A program made the position numbers and the translations under genes. DNA of 64,000 nucleotides from Candidatus Aenigmatarchaeota archaeon (lineage in GTDB: Archaea; Aenigmatarchaeota; Aenigmatarchaeia; CG10238-14): positions 39,998 to 103,997 of the forward strand of contig JAOAJH010000002.1 of the NCBI GenBank assembly GCA_026414305.1. Direction: 5' to 3'. Below the pieces are notes generated by a model. It did no database searches, had not been told where the DNA came from, and saw nothing but the letters and a program-made list of their open reading frames with translations. This document shows, piece by piece, positions 19,226 through 29,000 of this stretch. The first letter of the stretch is position 1. The number at the start of each line of letters is the position of its first letter.

Positions 19226-20776
19226 TTGATGACAAAATATTATAACGGTGTTATAATGAAAGTAATGATGGTCAATTCACCTTTTAAAGTGAAAATAAGC
19301 AAAGATAGTAGATGGCCTGAATATACAAAATCTGGAACTTTGTATTATCCATTTTGGCTAGCTTATGCCACATCAGTTTTGATGAAACAGAGCGATCATA
19401 AACCGCTTCTTGTTGATGCTATAGCTAAAAAATTAAGTTTTGATGAAACAATGAAAAAGGCTAAAAAGTTTGGGCCAGATATGGTTGTAATAGAAACGTC
19501 CACACCAACTGCTTACACTGACGTAAAGTTTGCTGAATTTGTGAAAACTGAACTAGGGAATGATGTAAAAGTTGCAATGTCAGGTACATTAGCATCATCA
19601 ATGCCATTTGAATTGATAAAAATGTCTAATTCGATTGATTTTATTTTAAGGGGTGAATATGACTACACTGTTAGGGATTTGGCAGATAGTTTGGAAAAAA
19701 ACGGCAAAATTGAAAGTGTTGCTGGGATAACATATAGAACAAAGAAAGGTATATTTAACACACCACCAAGACCTTTGGTTAATGATCTGGATTCCATACC
19801 TTTTGTTTCTATAGCATATAAAAAATTTCTAAATGTTTTTGATTATCGATATGCTTTGGCTAGATATCCTATGCTACAAACTTGGACATCAAGAGGTTGT
19901 CCTGCAAGATGTAACTTTTGCCAATATCCACAGTCATTCACAATGCATTTGTTCAGAATGAGGTCTCCAAAAAATGTTGTTGATGAAATGGAATATATTC
20001 ATGAAAATTTACCTTCTGTAAAAGAAATATTCTTTGAAGATGACACTTTCACAATAAATCAGCAAAGAGTTCTTGATATATGCAAAGAGATAAAAGAAAG
20101 GGGATTGGATGATGCTGGTTTTGTTTGGTCGTGTAATGTTAGGGTACAAACAAAATATGAGACATTAAAAGCTATGAAAGATGCTGGATGCAGAATCGTC
20201 ATAGTAGGTTATGAATCAGGAAATGATCAGGTTCTAAGCAACATAAGAAAAGGTGCTACTGTAAGAGAGGCTAGAAGATTTACAATTGACGCCAAAAGGG
20301 CAGGTCTTCGTATTTTCGGCTGCTTTATGATAGGTTTGTCTGGTGATACAAAGGATAGCATAATGGATACTTTGGAATTAGCTAAAGATATGAACCCTGA
20401 CATGGCTTTCTTCCAACAAGCTGTGCCATTCCCTGGAACCGAGTTTTATGAGTGGGCAAAAAAGAATGGTTATTTGGTAACTGAAGATTGGAATCAATGG
20501 CTTGACAGCAATGGTAGGTTAAGATGTTTGGTAAGCTATCCTTGGTTGACAGCCGACGAAATAGATAAATTGAGGGATAAACTAATGTTAAGTTTTTATT
20601 TGAACCCAAAACACATAGCACAAACAATAGTAAAGAATTTGCATCCTCTGGAAGCATCAAGAGTTGTCGTGTATGCTACAGAATATCTGAAATATTTATT
20701 TAAGAGGAAATTAAATCCAGATGGTGTCGTAAAACCTGAAATAGAAAACTTTGTAGGCAATGATCAGGTTTCATAG
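19226..20776 (+). CDS. B12-binding-domain radical SAM enzyme (class B radical SAM). The start could be 19229 or 19256.
   Basis: N-terminal cobalamin-binding Rossmann region followed by the radical SAM cluster motif SRGCPARCNFCQY (CxxxCxxC). Confidence 0.85.
   Translation: MMTKYYNGVIMKVMMVNSPFKVKISKDSRWPEYTKSGTLYYPFWLAYATSVLMKQSDHKPLLVDAIAKKLSFDETMKKAKKFGPDMVVIETSTPTAYTDVKFAEFVKTELGNDVKVAMSGTLASSMPFELIKMSNSIDFILRGEYDYTVRDLADSLEKNGKIESVAGITYRTKKGIFNTPPRPLVNDLDSIPFVSIAYKKFLNVFDYRYALARYPMLQTWTSRGCPARCNFCQYPQSFTMHLFRMRSPKNVVDEMEYIHENLPSVKEIFFEDDTFTINQQRVLDICKEIKERGLDDAGFVWSCNVRVQTKYETLKAMKDAGCRIVIVGYESGNDQVLSNIRKGATVREARRFTIDAKRAGLRIFGCFMIGLSGDTKDSIMDTLELAKDMNPDMAFFQQAVPFPGTEFYEWAKKNGYLVTEDWNQWLDSNGRLRCLVSYPWLTADEIDKLRDKLMLSFYLNPKHIAQTIVKNLHPLEASRVVVYATEYLKYLFKRKLNPDGVVKPEIENFVGNDQVS
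19241..19257. promoter_or_regulatory. 17-bp palindromic motif TATAACGGTGTTATAAT, copy 2, abutting the radical SAM gene start
   Basis: Identical to 405-421. Flanks differ by one base (ATAAT vs ATATT). Confidence 0.4.
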
Positions 20777-20806
20777 TTTTTATATTTTTTAAAAAATCAA
20801 ATAAGA

Positions 20807-21865
20807 TTGATGAAAATTCTTATAACACATGAAATATTCCCACCTGAAGCACATGGTGGTGGAGAAAAACTCACATACAAAATAGCAAGAGAGCTGATCA
20901 ACAGAGGGTTTAATGTAAAAATTTTAACTTCAGGTGATTCAAAGTTAAAAGAATTTGACGGCATACCCACAAAAAGAATTCCTATAAACAGATATTTTAT
21001 GAATTTAAGTTATCCTATAATAAAAAAAGAGTCAAAAGGCTTTGACTTGATACACACTAGCAGCGGAAACATGTGTTTGCCATCGTACTTTGCCGCAAAG
21101 TCAAACAAAATACCAATATGTTGCTATGTACACCACATATTTGGCGATAATTGGATTGATGTTCACGGTATTTTAGTTGGGGGGTTTTTTCATTTTATGG
21201 AAAAATATTTTCTTACAAGAGATTATGACAGGGTGATATTTCAAAACGGTTTGTCAAAAAAAATTGGATTAAACATGGGTATAAAAGAAAACAAAATGGA
21301 GTTGATTCATCCTGGCATAGATTTTGAAAAATACCAAATAAAAGCAAAAAGAGAAATGAGGGTTTTGTTTGTGGGTAACCTTTGTATGAACCAAAGCACG
21401 TCTAAGATAAAAGGTCTAGACTATTTGCTAGATACTGCAAAATATTTTCCAGATGTTGAATTTTGCATAGTTGGTGAAGGTGAATATCTAAACAAAATTA
21501 GTTCAAGGGTTGGTGAAAATGTCAAGCTTCTTGGAAAAATGAACGAGGAAGAGTTAGCCGTTTTATACAATTCTTCGCTTATTTTATGTCAACCTTCATT
21601 AGCAGAAGGGTTTGGCCTTTCAATATTAGAAGCTATGGCATCAGGTTGTGCAATAGTCTCGACAATAGACATTGGCCAAGTAGATCCAATAGTAAGACCT
21701 AAAAACATAGATGATCTAAAAAAAGCTTTGAATTTGTATATAAACAACAGAAAGTTGGCAGAAAGAAATGGAATGAAGAACAGGAATATAGCCAAGAAAT
21801 TCACATGGAAGAAATATATAGATGATTTGATAAAGATTTATGATAATATAATTCAAAAGAAATGA
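20807..21865 (+). CDS. Glycosyltransferase family 1
   Basis: LAEGFGLSILEAMASGCAIVSTIDIG. GT-B fold. Confidence 0.8.
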   Translation: MMKILITHEIFPPEAHGGGEKLTYKIARELINRGFNVKILTSGDSKLKEFDGIPTKRIPINRYFMNLSYPIIKKESKGFDLIHTSSGNMCLPSYFAAKSNKIPICCYVHHIFGDNWIDVHGILVGGFFHFMEKYFLTRDYDRVIFQNGLSKKIGLNMGIKENKMELIHPGIDFEKYQIKAKREMRVLFVGNLCMNQSTSKIKGLDYLLDTAKYFPDVEFCIVGEGEYLNKISSRVGENVKLLGKMNEEELAVLYNSSLILCQPSLAEGFGLSILEAMASGCAIVSTIDIGQVDPIVRPKNIDDLKKALNLYINNRKLAERNGMKNRNIAKKFTWKKYIDDLIKIYDNIIQKK

Positions 21866-24054
21866 TTGTTATGAAATTACATGCCAAAAATCTAATTGTA
21901 CCCATATTGCTTTTGTTGATAATAGTTATTGTTGGTTACAGCAGATTGCCTGCTAGAACTGATGTGATAGCTGACTATGACCCTTGGTTTTTCTACAGAA
22001 TAAGCGAAGTTTTATGGAAAAACAACATGAAAATGCCTGAGTGGGATTTGTTATCCTTCTTTCCACCTGGAAGGCCATTTCCAAAAACACTCGGTTATGA
22101 GTATTTTGTTGTAATTGCCTACAAGATTCAAAGCATTTTCTTCAACATGGAATTCATGAAATTCGCAACTTATATACCAATAATAATGTCTGTAATGTCT
22201 GTAATACCGGCATATTTTCTAGGAAAGGAATTGTCTAATGAATGGGGTGGGCTAGCAACAGCTTTATTCATAGCAATGTCACCAACCTTTATAGTAGTGT
22301 CGATGGGAAGCTATATGGACACGGACACTGTTGTTGTATTTTATTCTTTGCTATCTATATTCACTATATTTTTAGCGATGAAAAAGAAAACAATACCATT
22401 CATAGCAATAGCAATACTTGCAAACATGGCATTCATTTACAGTTGGTGGTTTGGTTGGTATATTACAACATTTTTCCTTGCATACATACCAGGTTTTATA
22501 CTATTCAGGTTTATAGAAAGTTATTTGAGAAAGGGCAGATTTTCGTCACTTGGCTCGATAATAAATGAGTTAAAGCCGATGTTAACACCTCTTCTATCAA
22601 TAATAATAATTTTGAATGTTGTAATGTTCTTGCTAGGATTTGGTACTTTTGTTGATTTTATATTGGGTGCAAGTGGATTTAGATCAGGTGGTGAATCTCT
22701 ACTTGTAAATGTTTCTGTAGCTGAACTTCAGCCAATAAACATATTTACAAAAGAGGGTTTCAAGCAAGTAGCAAACAGGGTTGGCGAATTTCCAATTTTG
22801 TTGACATTATTTGGTATTCCGTTCTTTGTAATATTAAAATTTGTAAAAAAAGAGCCTGTAAACTTTGAGGAAATATTTCTTTTCATGTGGGCTGCTTTTA
22901 CATTTTATACAATTTTAAGCGGTGTAAGATTTTCATTGCTTTTCGCAATAGCTGTAGCAACATCAGCTGGTTATGTTATTGGAAATATTATAAAATATTT
23001 TGAAGGCTCAAGTGTTGTATTGAAATCAAGCGTATATGGTCTTTTGTTCTTCTTTACATTCTTGTTTTTATCAAGCACGCTTTCTTTTGCTCTTAATGTA
23101 GGTTCGATGGGCGTCGGTGGTAACTGGTTGGATATGCTGAATTGGTTGAAGGCAAACGCAGACAAAGATGCTATAGTTTCAACGTGGTGGGATCCTGGTC
23201 ATATAATTGCTGGTTATACAGGACTTAGGGTTCATGCAGATGGAGCTCATTGTGGTGTTGCAGAATGTGTTCCATATAATCACAACATAAGAATTCAGGA
23301 TATGGGAAAAATATTATCAACAAGCAATGAAACAGAAGCTGTTTCTCTGCTAAAGAAATACATGCAACTTTCGCCTGAGCAATGTCAGGAGGCAAAAGAT
23401 TATTACAAAAAGACATTTAAAATCGACATACCTGAAGAGTCATGCAAGCCTGCATCTGAAATGTATTTTATTTCAAGTGCTGATTTAATAGGTAAATACA
23501 CGTGGTTAAATTATTTCGGTGGATATAGAGCTCCAGTAAAAACACCTTATGATTTTCAAAAAACGCCTGGTATTTGCTGTGCATCTACACCAAAAACAGA
23601 GGAAGGTCAAGTTTCTTGTGGTGAGTTCGCATCTCAAGAAAGAGGCGTATGGGTTTGGTGCCCATGGATATTTCAAATATCTAACATACAAAAAGATAGG
23701 GATGGTAACAATGTGTTCATCTATGATTATTCTGGGATAAAAATAACAATTATTGACAAACAAGGTTCTATAATACCTATTTATAATAACAAATATTTGA
23801 TTAGCAAAATTATGTTGTATGATCAAAATGGACAGCCGAGGTTGTTTGATATAAGCAATTCGAGCTCAAGTCTTGAAAAAATAGGCGGTTTGCTGTGGGT
23901 GCAGCCTGACTATAGAGTTCTTATATATCTTCCACCAGAAGTTGAAAACAGCATGTTCATAAGAACATTCTTGTTTAATGGCCAAGGATTAGAACACTTT
24001 AAGCTTGTCTACTCAAATCCTGAAATAAAACTATACAAAATCGATTTTAATTAG
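21862..24054 (+). CDS. aglB: Oligosaccharyltransferase AglB/STT3 homologue
   Basis: 13-TM N-terminal domain plus a soluble C-terminal domain. The first external loop ADYDPWFFYRISE matches eukaryotic STT3 DPWFNYR. WWDxG motif is present as STWWDPGHIIAG. Confidence 0.85.
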   Translation: MIVMKLHAKNLIVPILLLLIIVIVGYSRLPARTDVIADYDPWFFYRISEVLWKNNMKMPEWDLLSFFPPGRPFPKTLGYEYFVVIAYKIQSIFFNMEFMKFATYIPIIMSVMSVIPAYFLGKELSNEWGGLATALFIAMSPTFIVVSMGSYMDTDTVVVFYSLLSIFTIFLAMKKKTIPFIAIAILANMAFIYSWWFGWYITTFFLAYIPGFILFRFIESYLRKGRFSSLGSIINELKPMLTPLLSIIIILNVVMFLLGFGTFVDFILGASGFRSGGESLLVNVSVAELQPINIFTKEGFKQVANRVGEFPILLTLFGIPFFVILKFVKKEPVNFEEIFLFMWAAFTFYTILSGVRFSLLFAIAVATSAGYVIGNIIKYFEGSSVVLKSSVYGLLFFFTFLFLSSTLSFALNVGSMGVGGNWLDMLNWLKANADKDAIVSTWWDPGHIIAGYTGLRVHADGAHCGVAECVPYNHNIRIQDMGKILSTSNETEAVSLLKKYMQLSPEQCQEAKDYYKKTFKIDIPEESCKPASEMYFISSADLIGKYTWLNYFGGYRAPVKTPYDFQKTPGICCASTPKTEEGQVSCGEFASQERGVWVWCPWIFQISNIQKDRDGNNVFIYDYSGIKITIIDKQGSIIPIYNNKYLISKIMLYDQNGQPRLFDISNSSSSLEKIGGLLWVQPDYRVLIYLPPEVENSMFIRTFLFNGQGLEHFKLVYSNPEIKLYKIDFN

Positions 24055-25506
24055 TTTAGATATTCTTAATTTATCCATAACAAATTTTATTATTTCTTTG
24101 TCTGTTTTTGTGAAGAAATTCATCTTATAAAGAAAATAAACATAAATCAAAACACACAAAAAATTTATAAAAACAAATTCAATTATTCCAAAAGGATTTA
24201 TTATAAGTATTATAAAAAAGTGAAATGAAGAAAAAATTATTTTAAAAATGCTAATTAAATCTATTTTGATTTTTATTTTACTTTTTAAATAAAAATATGA
24301 TAGACACAGTAGAGTTATTGATGATATTAAATAAGATACTGATGCACCAACTCCAGAATATACATATGTCATTATAGGTGTAACCATCAAAAAGGTTGTG
24401 CCGGTAATCAAAAGGCTTTTTGTGTATTGGTGTGTCATCCTCATAGCAAATAAAGAATTGGAAAATATTCCAGCTATACCAAGAATTAATGATGCGATTG
24501 ATAAAATAGGTATTATTTCTGATGCTAAGATGAATTTGTCAGATGAAAATGAAAGTATAAGGAATCTTGAATTAAGTGAAATTATCAAAATTAGTGGAAC
24601 TGAAAGCAATAAGCTATATCTTATTGTGTGACTGACCAAATTTGAAGTTGTTTTTTTGTTTTTACCGAAAATCTCAGAAATTATTGGGTATATCGAATTG
24701 TTTAAAATGTTTGGTATTGCGACAACAATAGAAGAAATTAGCATAGCAATTCCGAAAATACCTGTTGTGCTTGTATCCTTAACGATAGTGATAATTGTAT
24801 AAATAAAGTTTGATATTAATGAAAATACAATTGCTCCAACAAAACCTATTATAGAATAATATAATATATCTTTTTCTTTTAAAGTTAGCCTAAAGTTAAT
24901 TTGTTTTGATGGAAATGCCAAAATTATTGTGATTATACTTGATAGTATGACACCCAAAATAGGACCAAAATATTTCATACCTAATGATAGAATTGAAAAA
25001 GATGTGAAAATTTTCACAACTATTGATAAAAAACCTATTATAGTGTATTTTTTCATTTCCTGAAATGCATATTTGATCGTGAACAAAGTGACACTAAATG
25101 AACCAAAAAATATATAACCTAATATAAAATAAAAAACCGTTTCTGTTGTTTTCAACACTTCCACTAGATAGTTTTTTATTAGAAGAAAGATCGATAATGT
25201 TATTATATTAGCAAGCAAAAGAAAAACAAAAGATGTTGTTATTACAGATTTGATTTTTTTAAACTGTTTTTTTGATTTATATTCTGGTATTAGTTTCGAC
25301 AAAGCAGCTGGTATTCCAACCGTGATTATTGATATTGTAAAAAACCCAAAACTAACTGCAGTCAAGGCGATGCCATATTCTGATTGATCCAAAAATTTCC
25401 CTGCTATCAACCAAAAAAAGAATCCACCTAGAGTGTTAATAATCCAATATAGAAAAAGATAAAAGCTATTATTCGTTGCTTTGAGTTTTACGTCCATCTG
25501 CGTCAC
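24031..25506 (-). CDS. Wzx-like oligosaccharide flippase (MOP/polysaccharide biosynthesis protein family)
   Basis: About 14 TM helices with an N-terminal layout typical of PST/Wzx. Embedded in the glycan cluster. Confidence 0.75.
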   Translation of the reverse strand: MTQMDVKLKATNNSFYLFLYWIINTLGGFFFWLIAGKFLDQSEYGIALTAVSFGFFTISIITVGIPAALSKLIPEYKSKKQFKKIKSVITTSFVFLLLANIITLSIFLLIKNYLVEVLKTTETVFYFILGYIFFGSFSVTLFTIKYAFQEMKKYTIIGFLSIVVKIFTSFSILSLGMKYFGPILGVILSSIITIILAFPSKQINFRLTLKEKDILYYSIIGFVGAIVFSLISNFIYTIITIVKDTSTTGIFGIAMLISSIVVAIPNILNNSIYPIISEIFGKNKKTTSNLVSHTIRYSLLLSVPLILIISLNSRFLILSFSSDKFILASEIIPILSIASLILGIAGIFSNSLFAMRMTHQYTKSLLITGTTFLMVTPIMTYVYSGVGASVSYLISSITLLCLSYFYLKSKIKIKIDLISIFKIIFSSFHFFIILIINPFGIIEFVFINFLCVLIYVYFLYKMNFFTKTDKEIIKFVMDKLRISKLIKIDFV

Positions 25507-25540
25507 TAAGTATATATTTTTATTAAGATTAATATGATTT

Positions 25541-26353
25541 ATGAAATATGATTTAACTGTTTCTATTGTTCTTTTTATAGATAAAAATTATGGTGATTTA
25601 AATGTGTTTAGAAAATGTCTGCAAAGTCTGCTTTCAACGAATTTGAATATGAAAATATTCATAATAGACAACTCCCCTAAAAAAAACAATATACCTGAAT
25701 TTAAAAATAATAATATTGAGTATGTTTTTCTTGGAAAAAACATAGGCTTTGGCAGAGCACATAACATTGCAATCAAAAAATCTAAAGGAATTTCAAAATA
25801 CCATTTAATTTTAAATCCGGATGTTTATTTTGATAAAGACGTGTTAGTTGAATTGAAAAATTTTATGGATTCAAATAATGAAATAGCGGCTGTAAGCCCA
25901 AAGATTTTATATCAAGACGGTAGAATACAACATCTTTCAAAACTTTTACCAAATCCTGTTGATTTGATATTTAGAAGATTTATACCATTTAAGGAATATT
26001 TGAAAAAGAGAAATTGGATATATGAAATGAGATATAAAAATTATGATCAAATGTTCTTTTGTCCTGTAATATCTGGATCTTTTATTTTTACAAGAACTGA
26101 TATTTTAATTAAATTGAAAGGGTTTGACGAGAGATTTTTTTTGTATATGGAAGATGTTGACTTGTGCAGAAGGATGCTAAAGTTTGGTAAGATTGCTTAT
26201 TTTCCTTATGTGAAAGTTTATCATAAATTTGAAAGGGGTTCATATAAAAAACTAAAATACACATTGATTCACATTATCTCGGCAATAAAATATTTTAACA
26301 AATGGGGTTGGATAGACAAAGACAGAAATAAAATAAATAAAAAGTTCATTTAG
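25541..26353 (+). CDS. GT2 glycosyltransferase
   Basis: VSIVLFIDKNYGDLNV...IIDNSP followed by a DxD-like ED region. GT2 fold. Confidence 0.8.
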   Translation: MKYDLTVSIVLFIDKNYGDLNVFRKCLQSLLSTNLNMKIFIIDNSPKKNNIPEFKNNNIEYVFLGKNIGFGRAHNIAIKKSKGISKYHLILNPDVYFDKDVLVELKNFMDSNNEIAAVSPKILYQDGRIQHLSKLLPNPVDLIFRRFIPFKEYLKKRNWIYEMRYKNYDQMFFCPVISGSFIFTRTDILIKLKGFDERFFLYMEDVDLCRRMLKFGKIAYFPYVKVYHKFERGSYKKLKYTLIHIISAIKYFNKWGWIDKDRNKINKKFI

Positions 26354-27320
26354 ATTTGTACCATTTGTTTTTAATGAAATTGAAAATACCTTTTGGTATT
26401 CCAATTGACCATGCGACAGTCCTTACTATGTGTATCATAAAAAGCATGAAAAATTGATTTGGCTTCTCGGCAATTCTGATTGTTTCAATCATATTCAAAA
26501 AAAGAAATGAAAAAAGTGAAATTATGTAAAAAACAATAAATTTGCTTGAAAACATAAAAAGTATTGCTGAAATTAAGGTAAAGTAAAATAGCATCAATGA
26601 TAACGCCATGGAAGATGTTGATATATGATCTCCTTTTATTTTATCAAAATTTTTCCAGTAAGTTAGCGGCGCCATTATAGCATTTTTCATTTGCTGCCTG
26701 AAGAATGATTTCCAATTAGGTCGATGATAGTGATAGACTATTGCGTCAGGAACATACTTCATTTTCCCTAATTTTGTTAATCTGTAACCAAAATCAGTTT
26801 CCCATGCCCAAATAAACCTTTCGTCAAATCTTACTTTTTTTGCATATTTTGTTCTTACACAAAGATTCATGTCAGGTGCCCTTGAAATATATTCTGGGAA
26901 TTTTTTGAACCTGTTTTCTAGCTCTAAACCTATCAATTCTTGAAACTTACTCAACCCCTTTGGTGTCGCACAATAACCAGCTGTCGCAATTATATCATCT
27001 GATGTAAACCCTTTCAACAAATTTTTTAACCAATTCTTATCCAAAACACAATCTGCGTTTGTATAAGCTATGAATTCTGTTTTTGCTATATCAAGTATAT
27101 AATTATGCAATTTTGGTACAGGTCCTGCCATTCTAAGAAGATTTATTTTTTTACCAAACTTTATAAGAATTTCATATGTTTTGTCTGCAGACATGTTGTC
27201 TATGACATAAATAATCTTGTTTTTGTATGTCTGGTTCAAAAGTGATTTAACGCAAGCTTCAATGGTATTTTCAGCATTTTTTACAGGAATAAAAACCGTT
27301 ACTGGCTTTTCTTTTTTCAT
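26346..27320 (-). CDS. GT2 glycosyltransferase with C-terminal TM helices
   Basis: VTVFIPVKNAENTIEACVKSLLNQTY...YVIDNMSADKT and a C-terminal membrane anchor. Confidence 0.8.
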   Translation of the reverse strand: MKKEKPVTVFIPVKNAENTIEACVKSLLNQTYKNKIIYVIDNMSADKTYEILIKFGKKINLLRMAGPVPKLHNYILDIAKTEFIAYTNADCVLDKNWLKNLLKGFTSDDIIATAGYCATPKGLSKFQELIGLELENRFKKFPEYISRAPDMNLCVRTKYAKKVRFDERFIWAWETDFGYRLTKLGKMKYVPDAIVYHYHRPNWKSFFRQQMKNAIMAPLTYWKNFDKIKGDHISTSSMALSLMLFYFTLISAILFMFSSKFIVFYIISLFSFLFLNMIETIRIAEKPNQFFMLFMIHIVRTVAWSIGIPKGIFNFIKNKWYKSK

Positions 27321-27335
27321 TAACTATAATTTGAT

Positions 27336-27824
27336 TTATCGTTTAATATGTTTTTCTAATTTTTCCAAGTATTTTGATAAAAAACCAGACAGCTTGGTTT
27401 TTGAGTTTGTTTGTTTTAATTTATATGATTTTACTATAGCTTGATATAAATTATCAATATCATAAACTCCTATGACTCTACTTTCTTTTTCCATTTGTTT
27501 CACTAATTCCAATTGATGATCATTAACATGCTCGTTATATTTCTTCATTCTTGGTACTGCTATTATTCTTTTCCCAAACATTAATGCTGTAATTATACTA
27601 CCAGCCCCACCGTGTGTTATAACTAAATCAGAGCTTTTATTCAATTCTTTAATTTTCTCATAAGTTTCAAACCTAAACCACTTTGGATTTTTAGGTTCAT
27701 ACTTTGTATTTCCTATTTGAATAATAACTTCATCTTTAATCAAACCGCTGCTTATTAATTCGTCTACTTTTTTTACTAACCTATCAAAGCTGTGTTCATC
27801 TGTTCCTACTGTTACAAAAATCAA
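27336..27824 (-). CDS. Alg13-like (Glyco_transf_28 C-terminal domain) subunit of the UDP-GlcNAc transferase
   Basis: MIFVTVGTDEHSFDRL...LVITHGGAGSIITAL...IIAVPR. Overlaps the Alg14-like gene by 4 nt. Confidence 0.8.
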   Translation of the reverse strand: MIFVTVGTDEHSFDRLVKKVDELISSGLIKDEVIIQIGNTKYEPKNPKWFRFETYEKIKELNKSSDLVITHGGAGSIITALMFGKRIIAVPRMKKYNEHVNDHQLELVKQMEKESRVIGVYDIDNLYQAIVKSYKLKQTNSKTKLSGFLSKYLEKLEKHIKR

Positions 27825-28273
27825 TAAACTGCACCTCGGTATAAAGCTTTCTTACCATATAATTTTAACATGTTTCTCCATTGAACTAGAAACAAATCTG
27901 AAAACGGGTATGAAATTATTCCTGAAAGAGATTTTGTATTTATCCTAGCAAAACTTTCTATAAATATTATTTTTGCATTGAAAAGTAGTTTTCCAATGAT
28001 TATTGATGGTACAGCTGAGCCGGCACCTGTTGAAATTATAATATCTGGCTTTTCTTTTTTCAAAACAAAAAAAGTTTGAATTATATTCTTTAATAATTTT
28101 ATAATACTCCTGCCCGGATTTTCAACAAAGTATATTTTTTCGCCTTTAATTTCATCGACCAAACCTTTCTTATAAAATGTCAGATAAAAATAATTATATT
28201 TTTTATATACATTCTTTAGCTGTAAAACCTCAACTAAATGCCCGCCCATAGAACATGATATACATATTTTCAT
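27821..28273 (-). CDS. Alg14-like membrane-associated subunit
   Basis: MKICISCSMGGHLVEVLQL...DIIISTGAGSAVP, the Alg14 family pattern. Translationally coupled to the Alg13-like gene. Confidence 0.8.
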   Translation of the reverse strand: MKICISCSMGGHLVEVLQLKNVYKKYNYFYLTFYKKGLVDEIKGEKIYFVENPGRSIIKLLKNIIQTFFVLKKEKPDIIISTGAGSAVPSIIIGKLLFNAKIIFIESFARINTKSLSGIISYPFSDLFLVQWRNMLKLYGKKALYRGAVY

Positions 28274-28277
28274 AAAC

Positions 28278-28997
28278 TCACTTGAGTTTTTTAAACAAAG
28301 TTTTTCTTATTTTGTAATAAATCCAAAAATATGGTAATACAAAAAAAGTTAATAGTGAATAAAACGCTTGCAAAAGCTGGAAACCCATGCTTTTTATTAT
28401 TCTCTCTTCTTTGTTATGTTTAACGTAAACATATACATGAGATCTTGCATATTCAAATGATCTAAACATTCTTTTTATAGTGTTTTTATAGTGCGTTACA
28501 AGTCCTTTGTTTATTTGCTTGAATTTGAACCCTCTTTCCTTTAAAGAAAAAAACCAGTCTGTGTCTTCTGCTAGCTTTAGGTTTTTGTCAAATTTAACAG
28601 AAAATGCTTTTTTTGGTATCAATAAACTACCGAAACTTATTATTTCTGCATGAGGTGAAACTATGTTTTGTGCTCCAACTATGATAGTCTTGGTATCTAC
28701 ATATTCGGAATATAAATCTTCAAGCCAATGCTCGTTTGGGACACAATCACTCTCTGTTATAGCTATTATTTCTGATGTTGCTTTTTTAGATAGAAATGTC
28801 ATTGCTTCTGATATTTTCGTTGGTTTGGTGTGATAATATTTCATGTTTAATGTGGTTTCACCTTTGAATATTCTCTCTTTTGAAGAGTCTGCTATTAAAA
28901 CTTCAAAATCTTTGAAAGTTTGGTTTTCCAAAGCTTTAATCAAATCTAATAGTCTTCTATCATCTTTTACTGGAATTATTACTGATATTTTGGGCAT
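28278..28997 (-). CDS. GT2 glycosyltransferase
   Basis: ISVIIPVKDDRRLLDLIKALENQTF...IADSSKE. GT2-A fold. Confidence 0.8.
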   Translation of the reverse strand: MPKISVIIPVKDDRRLLDLIKALENQTFKDFEVLIADSSKERIFKGETTLNMKYYHTKPTKISEAMTFLSKKATSEIIAITESDCVPNEHWLEDLYSEYVDTKTIIVGAQNIVSPHAEIISFGSLLIPKKAFSVKFDKNLKLAEDTDWFFSLKERGFKFKQINKGLVTHYKNTIKRMFRSFEYARSHVYVYVKHNKEERIIKSMGFQLLQAFYSLLTFFVLPYFWIYYKIRKTLFKKLK

Positions 28998-29000
28998 AAG

